Of a stretch of DNA of 6,200 bases, positions 1-4,937 are shown one piece after another. The notes under the pieces were generated by a model. The model was not told where the DNA came from, ran no database searches, and saw nothing but the letters and a program-made list of their open reading frames with translations. This DNA comes from a virus. The stretch lies in the IMG/VR virus record IMGVR_UViG_3300011982_000016, positions 1 through 6,200 of that record; one strand, 5' to 3'. The position numbers and the translations under genes were made by a program. Position 1 is the first letter of the stretch. Each line of letters starts with the position of its first letter.

Positions 1-77
1 GGCAATGATTTGTTATTATATGTAAGCAAAAGCATCAAACAAGTACCACCTAATTTATATGTATCACTAATTTCAGA
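1..77. repeat. Terminal direct repeat, copy 1 (identical to 6124-6200). It is the circular-closure overlap of a 6,123-nt genome.
   Basis: A base-by-base comparison shows ggcaatgatttgttattatatgtaagcaaaagcatcaaacaagtaccacctaatttatatgtatcactaatttcaga at both ends, 77/77 identical. The rep reading frame runs through the junction without interruption. An overlap of exactly 77 nt is typical of a k-mer overlap left by an assembler on a circular contig. Confidence 0.97.
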
Positions 78-188
78 GCACAAGCGTTGATAATAGCCAT
101 CACGGCGTACAGCTGCATTTATAACGGAATTCTCTGGAATATAATTACCGCAATTAAACGAGAAGTAAGAGGGTTTATTAACTAACAT
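1..188 (-). CDS. VP4: 5' (N-terminal) portion of the replication initiator Rep (VP4-like). It continues across the circular junction into 4938-6123, and bases 1-77 duplicate 6124-6200.
   Basis: Manual translation of the minus strand starts at ATG 188-186, and an in-frame TAG lies just upstream at 200-198. It gives MLVNKPSYFSFNCGNYIPENSVINAAVRRDGYYQRLCSEISDTYKLGGTC (50 aa). This joins in frame to L-MLLLTYNNKSLPF, the beginning of the ORF-track protein. The R-x3-Y-x-R-L-x2-E segment followed by LLLTY fits the usual microvirus Rep layout, in which about 50 residues precede motif I. Confidence 0.8.
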   Translation of the reverse strand, partial: MLVNKPSYFSFNCGNYIPENSVINAAVRRDGYYQRLCSEISDTYKLGGTCLMLLLTYNNKSL

Positions 189-199
189 AACGAAATACT

Positions 200-310
200 A
201 TTTATATAGAGCAAATGAACGCATTTCGCACCACAGAGGGTGTCGGGGTGTACCGATTGCGTATAATTAGGCAAGTGTTGCGCCCGCTACCTAACGCGCG
301 GATGTAAATA
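200..310. other. GC-rich non-coding island A between the VP2 stop and the Rep start, containing short nested inverted repeats.
   Basis: Hand count of line 241-300 gives 34/60 G+C (about 57%), against about 40% in the capsid genes and 20-25% in the rep 3' half. Inverted repeats: acgca(219-223)/tgcgt(258-262) encloses cacc(229-232)-acagag-ggtg(239-242), and ccgc(284-287) pairs with gcgg(298-301). No ORF is present on either strand. Confidence 0.6.
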
Positions 311-332
311 TATGGGGAGAATTCTCCCCATA
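311..332 (-). terminator. Perfect 22-nt palindrome hairpin 2 nt downstream of the VP2 stop codon. It looks like a terminator or an mRNA 3'-stabiliser.
   Basis: tatggggagaattctccccata is its own reverse complement, giving a stem of up to 9 bp around an aatt loop. On the coding strand it is followed by tatttacatc, which is only a weak T tract. Confidence 0.5.
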
Positions 333-334
333 CA

Positions 335-1645
335 CTACTTATTAGGGTAATACGTATTGCCTGTATTTGTAACATTTACAGTTTTAGCACCTTTAGCTTT
401 GCCACCTGCAACTGCAGGTGCTGCAGATTGAACCGTTTCAGCTATACCACCGAGAAGACACACACCAAGTGCCGACCAATCCATTTTTCCTGTCTTAAAA
501 TATTTATCCATAATATTCTTAAAGGTAAAATTCATTTGTGCTACCTTATCCGAAATATTCAAAGATTTCATAAGCGTATCAAGATGTGTAAAAGCGTCCA
601 TTTGTCGAATATTTGCCCACATTTCCTTTACATGTGCTTCTGCTTCACCAATCTTAGCATTATTCAAACCAATCTCGGAAGCATTCTTGTTAATATTTGA
701 CTCTACCAAAGCTACTTGTAACTGTTCAACTGCAAGCCTAAATTCTCTACATTTTTCAAAAAATTCATTACCATTCTTAAGTTGTCGAACTTCCTCAATA
801 GCTTTCTTATAAGTCTCAACTGGAAGATTAGCAATAGCCTTAATACTTTCTGGATTGTCCATGATAGTATAAAGATTTTGCTTGTACACATATTCAGACC
901 GTTTAGCCTCCTGTTCTGCTCGCGATATATCTACACCATGTGCAATTACTTCAAGCTGCCCTAAAGCTTCCTTGAAACGCTCTTCGCTCATATAACCCTC
1001 AGCAGCATTCGCAATGACAGTTGCACCATTCTCTTCCATCTGTTTACGCTCTTCTGCCGTCATACTTGCATCTGCAACCCGTTTCTTTTCTTCAAAGAAC
1101 GCTCTCAACCAAGACAAACGACGGTCTGACCGCTTTTTCTCATCATCAAATTCACGCTGGCGCTTCTCATTATCAATATCTTGTCCACGTTTTTCAGAAG
1201 TCAATTTATCTGCCGTCTTCTCGAGTACCTTTGACTGAGTAAGTTGCATAATACCCGTTAAAAGGTCACTTCCTGCAGCCTGACCCGTAGCACTTACAGG
1301 CACTTGTTGCGCAGCATTCGAATTAATAGAACCACCATTAAAACCACCATTTAAAGCAGCTACCGAAAGTCCTGCAGCTTGTTGTCCACTCTTTTGAAGT
1401 AAAGGAGTATCATACATAAGTCCCCGTTGGTATTGGTTATTAACAGAAGCCATCTCCTTAGCATTTGCCATATCAATAGCAGCTTTGCGCCTATATTGTT
1501 CGATAGCCGTAGCATTATCAGCTTTATTTCCGAGAAATTTTGACAATAAGCCAAAGCCCATCTTGGCAGCCATACCCCATACAGATGTACCCGTACCCTC
1601 TTTCACAACTCCGCCTATCTTTCCTAAAAGATTTCCTAAACTCAT
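335..1645 (-). CDS. VP2: Minor capsid / DNA pilot protein (VP2-like, functional analogue of phiX174 H), 436 aa.
   Basis: A long ATG-initiated ORF (cat at 1643-1645) sits directly downstream of the major capsid gene, which is the conserved microvirus position. The N-terminus is Gly/Ala-rich (MSLGNLLGKIGGVVKEG...). The central segment is highly charged and coiled-coil-like (EKRGQDIDNEKRQREFDDEKKRSDRR...EERKQMEENG). Near the C-terminus is a hydrophobic stretch (WSALGVCLLGGIAETV). The assignment rests on position and composition, not on a homology search. Confidence 0.8.
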   Translation of the reverse strand: MSLGNLLGKIGGVVKEGTGTSVWGMAAKMGFGLLSKFLGNKADNATAIEQYRRKAAIDMANAKEMASVNNQYQRGLMYDTPLLQKSGQQAAGLSVAALNGGFNGGSINSNAAQQVPVSATGQAAGSDLLTGIMQLTQSKVLEKTADKLTSEKRGQDIDNEKRQREFDDEKKRSDRRLSWLRAFFEEKKRVADASMTAEERKQMEENGATVIANAAEGYMSEERFKEALGQLEVIAHGVDISRAEQEAKRSEYVYKQNLYTIMDNPESIKAIANLPVETYKKAIEEVRQLKNGNEFFEKCREFRLAVEQLQVALVESNINKNASEIGLNNAKIGEAEAHVKEMWANIRQMDAFTHLDTLMKSLNISDKVAQMNFTFKNIMDKYFKTGKMDWSALGVCLLGGIAETVQSAAPAVAGGKAKGAKTVNVTNTGNTYYPNK

Positions 1646-1650
1646 AATTC

Positions 1651-1678
1651 AAAAATAAAAGGGGAGGAAATCCTCCCC
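1651..1678 (-). terminator. Intrinsic-terminator-like hairpin plus T tract between VP1 and VP2, a candidate attenuator.
   Basis: The coding strand reads TAG-ttttatttgtttaacatt-tGGGGAGGAttTCCTCCCC-TTTTATTTTT-gaatt-ATG. The stem is 7-8 bp and GC-rich (1661-1678). It is followed immediately by a 10-nt T-rich run (1651-1660), and the VP2 ATG lies 5 nt further on. Confidence 0.6.
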
Positions 1679-1697
1679 AAATGTTAAACAAATAAAA

Positions 1698-3716
1698 CTA
1701 AACATTAGTAACAGAAGTCGTACTATTATCTGTTTCCTCCTCGAAAGCGTCAAATGAATTTGATAACGGTTTAAGAGAATTTATAAACTTAGCATTCACA
1801 ACACATTGAATGGTAAAATTATCATCTGAACGTGTCAAAGTATCATCCTCTGGAGACGAATTACCCGAATTTAAGAATATTCTGTTAAAAAATCCTAATT
1901 GTGGGTACTTACTTATATAACGCCATTCCGTACCTGCATCTGGAATATCATTACGAATTACCAAGAGATTGCCATCTTTATCAACTACAATTTCTTTTCG
2001 CTGTATCCATCTATCAAGATGAAAAGATAAAAAGCTATCCTTTGTAGAATGCAAACGCATATCTCCGTTTATCAAATTTTTCTTATACTTAAATTGACTG
2101 TAACGGGGCAAAAAGCCAAACGATTTATTGGTAGAATTGTCCAAACTATCAACGTTAATACCATTATTATCAACTACTTGCGCAAGTGGAGTTAATTCAT
2201 AACCGAGTGCATCAAATTCTGCTGTTGGGAAACTATAGCGTGATGTCATATATAGTTGAGGGTCGTCACCTTGAAAGTAGTAACTTACGGGATATATAGC
2301 AGTAAAGCCAATTATAAATCCGAACTCGTTAGCCTTAAACTTAAACGAATTATTACCACTAAATCCGTCACCACGACCACCACGCTTACCAAGAGGTTCG
2401 CCTTGTGTACCATCTTTCGTAAGAGTATCCGCACTACTGTACATGTCATCTAATTGTACATCAGTTACAAAGGTTGCAATATCATTAGTATCATCAAATA
2501 GTTCACTAACCTTAGAAGCACCATAATGAACTCTTACCCACTCTTTGATACGATTACCTACAAGTGAATTTTTGTTAAGAAAACGTGTAACACGTTGCAA
2601 CGTCTGAATATTCACCAATGAAATCTCATTTTCAGTAGGAAGATTAGGCACAGATTGTTTACCATAAGGACTTGGCGTTTCTTGACTTGCAGAACCTGCC
2701 TTTAAGCCAGTTGTAATATCACCTGCAACGTTTTCGAGAGGTGATACTTGGTTTGCACTGTAATAGTCATCTTGAAAGACGTACCACGTATCAGAGAGTT
2801 CCTCAAAAAAGTTTACCAAAAGAGAATGATACGTATTATTTTCTTTCGCATCCAATACGGTTAAATCCTGCAAATTCGCTTCAAAGATAGTATTTATCAA
2901 CTCAAAGGTTGCCGTATTTTGCCAACCTTTAAAACGAGTAGGATAATACTTGTCAAACCACGCTTTATAATAAGCGAACAGCGGTAAAATGCTTACAGGG
3001 TTAACGTTATTAGCATCAAGAGAATAACCAAGACCTTTAAATATTTTATAAAGTCGCTTACCTGCATTCGACAAACGAATATACAATATCTTATTATCGT
3101 CCAAAGTGAGCATAAAATCGCAGTTACTATATTTTATAGTACTATCCACAAAATCCTGACTGCGAAGTACAAATTTAGACTTAAATACATCATATTTATC
3201 TTCAAACTTAAATCCTTTGTCTGTAAAGAATTTCAAATACAAGTCCCAGGATACCGAAAGTGAATTGCCAACAGTCATCTTTACAACCGAATTCGGTGTA
3301 ACATGCAACATCTTTATTTTCTCAGATTTATAACCTTGGAAATTAATTCGTCCATAAAATATACCCAACATAAATACCAAATAAGCATTTGAAATAGTAG
3401 GCACTTGCGTAGGCTTATAATTGACCAAATATGAATGAATATCTTTACCAGATATCAACGCTTCAAATTGTGGGAATATTTCACGCATTGGAACAAAGCG
3501 GAAATTATTCACACACTTTATAAGTCCAAATGTTGGATTTGGCATGACAGCATTACGAACCAACTGTTTAAATTCACTTAAAACATAAGTGTCATTTGGT
3601 GACATAAAATGATTAAAAATTGGCTGAAAACTGCCAAAATCAGAGGTAGTATTTATATTATAACTACCATCGTGAGCATACTTTTTAGTATGAGAACCTA
3701 AATTAAAATGTAACAT
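1698..3716 (-). CDS. VP1: Major capsid protein (VP1 / phiX174 F-like jelly-roll), 672 aa.
   Basis: This is the largest ORF. It starts at ATG (3714-3716) and stops at TAG (1698-1700). The N-terminal region follows the microvirus capsid pattern: ...HDGSYNINTTSDFGSFQPIF...MSPNDTY (equivalent of the PGD-T motif)...NPTFGLIKCVNNFRFVPMREIFPQF (equivalent of the FFVP-R-W motif). At 672 aa it exceeds the gokushovirus and bullavirus capsid proteins, consistent with a large surface insertion as in Alpavirinae-like lineages. Confidence 0.93.
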   Translation of the reverse strand: MLHFNLGSHTKKYAHDGSYNINTTSDFGSFQPIFNHFMSPNDTYVLSEFKQLVRNAVMPNPTFGLIKCVNNFRFVPMREIFPQFEALISGKDIHSYLVNYKPTQVPTISNAYLVFMLGIFYGRINFQGYKSEKIKMLHVTPNSVVKMTVGNSLSVSWDLYLKFFTDKGFKFEDKYDVFKSKFVLRSQDFVDSTIKYSNCDFMLTLDDNKILYIRLSNAGKRLYKIFKGLGYSLDANNVNPVSILPLFAYYKAWFDKYYPTRFKGWQNTATFELINTIFEANLQDLTVLDAKENNTYHSLLVNFFEELSDTWYVFQDDYYSANQVSPLENVAGDITTGLKAGSASQETPSPYGKQSVPNLPTENEISLVNIQTLQRVTRFLNKNSLVGNRIKEWVRVHYGASKVSELFDDTNDIATFVTDVQLDDMYSSADTLTKDGTQGEPLGKRGGRGDGFSGNNSFKFKANEFGFIIGFTAIYPVSYYFQGDDPQLYMTSRYSFPTAEFDALGYELTPLAQVVDNNGINVDSLDNSTNKSFGFLPRYSQFKYKKNLINGDMRLHSTKDSFLSFHLDRWIQRKEIVVDKDGNLLVIRNDIPDAGTEWRYISKYPQLGFFNRIFLNSGNSSPEDDTLTRSDDNFTIQCVVNAKFINSLKPLSNSFDAFEEETDNSTTSVTNV

Positions 3717-3724
3717 AACTCTAA

Positions 3725-3997
3725 TTAAGGGTGAATATCTTGAGCATCCAATGCTTTAAGTGCCGTACTGTCATCAATAGGCTCAATGCCTAAAACAGAG
3801 GGGTTTAACTGCTGCAAAGATACGCCTGCTTCCAACAGCGTATCAAGGTCATATTCTTTATACGGTGGCAAAGATGCGGGTTTATTCTCATTTTTAACTA
3901 CCAATACCTTACCATTCTGTAAGGTATCCTTGAGGGTGACACGGTCAGTGTTTACACCTCCTGCTATTGCAGGAGGTGGTAAAATTTTTCCAAACAT
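3725..3997 (-). CDS. Hypothetical 90-aa protein immediately upstream of VP1, possibly a scaffolding or assembly factor.
   Basis: The ORF starts at ATG (3995-3997) and is tightly packed. It begins 3 nt after the stop of the 31-aa ORF and ends 8 nt before the VP1 start. The C-terminal half is acidic (YDLDTLLEAG...IEPIDDSTALKALDAQDIHP). I recognise no motif, so the function is inferred from position only. Confidence 0.6.
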   Translation of the reverse strand: MFGKILPPPAIAGGVNTDRVTLKDTLQNGKVLVVKNENKPASLPPYKEYDLDTLLEAGVSLQQLNPSVLGIEPIDDSTALKALDAQDIHP

Positions 3998-4000
3998 AAC

Positions 4001-4096
4001 TTACTTTTTTTTGCCGGGCTTCTTTGTAAATAGCCCAATGATAAAACTTGCGATAGCAACTATCACGTTTACTAACTCGGGTGACATGTGTTCCAT
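4001..4096 (-). CDS. Unannotated 31-aa micro-ORF encoding a single-pass membrane-type peptide with a basic tail.
   Basis: Manual translation from ATG 4096-4094 to TAA 4003-4001 gives MEHMSPELVNVIVAIASFIIGLFTKKPGKKK. It has a hydrophobic core of about 17 residues (LVNVIVAIASFIIGLFT) built from mixed codons rather than only TTN codons, followed by KKPGKKK. The stop lies 3 nt before the next gene's ATG. The ORF is too short to appear in the ORF track. Confidence 0.4.
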   Translation of the reverse strand: MEHMSPELVNVIVAIASFIIGLFTKKPGKKK

Positions 4097-4177
4097 AATT
4101 TAAAACTTTTAAAAAAATAAACAATATATTTATAACTAAAAATAACAATATCGTGAATATCGCTGAGGGCTCTGTTG

Positions 4178-4264
4178 ATAGGGGAGGTATCTTCGCCTTG
4201 CAGGCTCGACCTCTCTGTAGGTACTGTCGTTATGGGGGCTGTGAGCCCCCTATACCCCCTCTAT
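4178..4264. other. GC-rich structured island B: a 13-position long-range stem enclosing three small hairpins.
   Basis: ataggggaggtat (4178-4190) pairs with ataccccctctat (4252-4264), giving 11 Watson-Crick pairs, 1 G-T pair and 1 mismatch. Three hairpins lie inside: gcct-tgc-aggc (4195-4205), acct-ctctgt-aggt (4209-4222) and gggggct-gtg-agccccc (4234-4250). Hand count of line 4201-4260 gives 36/60 G+C (60%). The region is non-coding on both strands. Confidence 0.55.
4234..4250 (-). terminator. GC-rich hairpin about 25 nt downstream of the peptidase stop codon, with no T tract.
   Basis: gggggct gtg agccccc forms a 7-bp stem with a 3-nt loop. The flanking tat (4231-4233) can pair with ata (4252-4254) if a 1-nt bulge is allowed. 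The architecture (tatGGGG...CCCCata) matches the hairpin at 311-332. Confidence 0.35.
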
Positions 4265-4275
4265 AGCCTTACAGC

Positions 4276-4608
4276 TTACGGTTTGGGGTCATATTCAATA
4301 TGAATATGGTCCTTTTCCAAAACTATATCCAGTGTTCTATCAAAGTGAAATTTTAACAAATTTAAAAACCTATTAGTTTCTTCTTTCGTCTTATCACTTA
4401 TCCGACAATCAAAAGCCAAACCTTTATAATGTAAACTATTTTTACCATGCTTACCCTCTACTGTAGAGGTTATAACCATTTTTTTAGAGAAATATTTTAA
4501 ATGTAAAAAGGCAATAGATATAATATACATATCCATAACGTCAATTAAACCGTCGTGCTTTACACCGTCCTTGTATAAAACATCTATAACATAACAAAAT
4601 TTATCCAT
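4276..4608 (-). CDS. Zinc D,D-/L,D-peptidase of the M15 / LAS (Hedgehog/DD-peptidase fold) type, a putative peptidoglycan hydrolase (endolysin), 110 aa.
   Basis: The zinc-ligand signature S-x-H-x-x-G-x-A-x-D is present as SLHYKGLAFD (nt 4408-4437). The C-terminal H-x-H ligand motif is present as DHIHIEYD (HIH at nt 4300-4308). Both have the spacing and order characteristic of M15 phage endolysins and VanY/VanX-like enzymes. The ORF starts at ATG and stops at TAA. I could see no signal peptide or membrane anchor. Confidence 0.82.
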   Translation of the reverse strand: MDKFCYVIDVLYKDGVKHDGLIDVMDMYIISIAFLHLKYFSKKMVITSTVEGKHGKNSLHYKGLAFDCRISDKTKEETNRFLNLLKFHFDRTLDIVLEKDHIHIEYDPKP

Positions 4609-4751
4609 AATCTTAAAAAATTAAAATTTAATTTCATCAAAAGCATGTACCTTAACATAACGCTTCAAAATCTCTAAATCCTTTCTCTTGGACAACAATT
4701 AGGAGCATACATTGTAGCATCAATTAACGTCATATCAGTAACACGTGCTAT

Positions 4752-4856
4752 TCAACAGTAATTAGTAACAGGCGACCAATATTTTACAACATAAACACCA
4801 CGCCCAACGGGGAGAAAATGAAAATCACTTAAAGAAATTTTAACTCTTTTTAACAT
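4752..4856 (-). CDS. Speculative 34-aa micro-ORF in the leader region downstream of the predicted promoter.
   Basis: Translation from ATG 4856-4854 to TGA 4754-4752 gives MLKRVKISLSDFHFLPVGRGVYVVKYWSPVTNYC. It is the only ATG-initiated ORF longer than 25 codons on the coding strand in the 330-nt gap. There is no recognisable motif. Confidence 0.2.
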   Translation of the reverse strand: MLKRVKISLSDFHFLPVGRGVYVVKYWSPVTNYC

Positions 4857-4892
4857 AACCTTGATATTTAATTAATTATTTATTTAACACCA

Positions 4893-4924
4893 CAAAGTTA
4901 AAACTATTTTTTTAAAACAACAAA
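4893..4924 (-). promoter_or_regulatory. Candidate Bacteroidota-type promoter (-33 TTTG / -7 TAnnTTTG) just downstream of the rep stop.
   Basis: The coding strand reads TTTG(4924-4921)-ttgttttaaaaaaatagttt(20 nt)-TAACTTTG(4900-4893). This matches the Bacteroides primary-sigma consensus TTTG-N19-21-TAnnTTTG exactly. The background is AT-rich, so a chance match is possible. Confidence 0.4.
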
Positions 4925-4937
4925 TAAAATTACTACT

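Noticed and set aside
1-77. The terminal repeat considered as a biological DTR/LTR or as the ends of a mobile element.
   Set aside because: The repeat lies inside the rep reading frame, which is continuous only if the molecule is circular. Microviridae genomes are circular ssDNA, and a 77-nt exact overlap is the typical assembler artefact.
428-1242. Plus-strand ORFs 428-700, 782-964, 1014-1238 and 1021-1242 (60-90 aa).
   Set aside because: All are antisense shadows inside the VP2 gene. Their products are low-complexity and rich in Ser, Phe, Leu and Cys, with no motifs. Every supported gene is on the minus strand, as expected for a microvirus, which is transcribed from one strand.
1360-1554. 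Same-strand 64-aa ORF embedded out of frame in VP2, considered as a phiX174 E-like overlapping lysis gene.
   Set aside because: The track's M is a TTG codon (1552-1554 reads caa on the plus strand). The hydrophobic run is interrupted by arginines (LLLIWQMLRRWLLLI), so there is no clean TM helix, and I see no supporting signal. It cannot be excluded without comparative data, but the evidence is too weak to call.
1661-1668. GGAGG within the GGGGAGG hairpin stems (also at 314-320 and 4181-4187) considered as Shine-Dalgarno sites.
   Set aside because: On the coding strand the nearest copy is more than 20 nt from the VP2 ATG and is sequestered in a stem. The others are not upstream of any start codon. 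No gene start has an SD motif at the proper spacing.
2256-2453. Plus-strand 65-aa ORF inside VP1, and similarly 5715-5930 inside rep and 3786-4103 across the small-gene region.
   Set aside because: These are antisense to well-supported coding sequence. They have no recognisable motifs and no plausible expression signals, and are probably chance ORFs.
3945-4148. 67-aa minus-strand ORF with a hydrophobic N-terminus and a basic C-terminus, superficially E-like.
   Set aside because: It starts at TTG and has no ATG anywhere in the frame. The 'TM' segment is translated from the T-rich intergenic leader (TTN codons), which is a compositional artefact. It overlaps the 90-aa gene by 53 nt. The alternative ATG-initiated 31-aa frame (4096-4001) is the more economical reading of this region.
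4178-4264. The cloverleaf-like fold (outer stem plus three hairpins) considered as a tRNA or tRNA-like gene.
   Set aside because: The arm lengths and loops do not fit a tRNA on either strand. The outer stem has 13 positions, the first hairpin has a 7-bp stem with a 3-nt loop, there is no T-loop (GTTCRA) or D-loop signature, and no anticodon arm with 5-bp stem and 7-nt loop geometry.
4752-4754. Alternative genetic code (TGA read as Trp, code 4) as the explanation for the in-frame TGA.
   Set aside because: All long ORFs are intact under the standard code and encode Trp with TGG. There are no in-frame TGA codons in VP1, VP2, Rep or the peptidase, which would be expected in an AT-rich code-4 genome.
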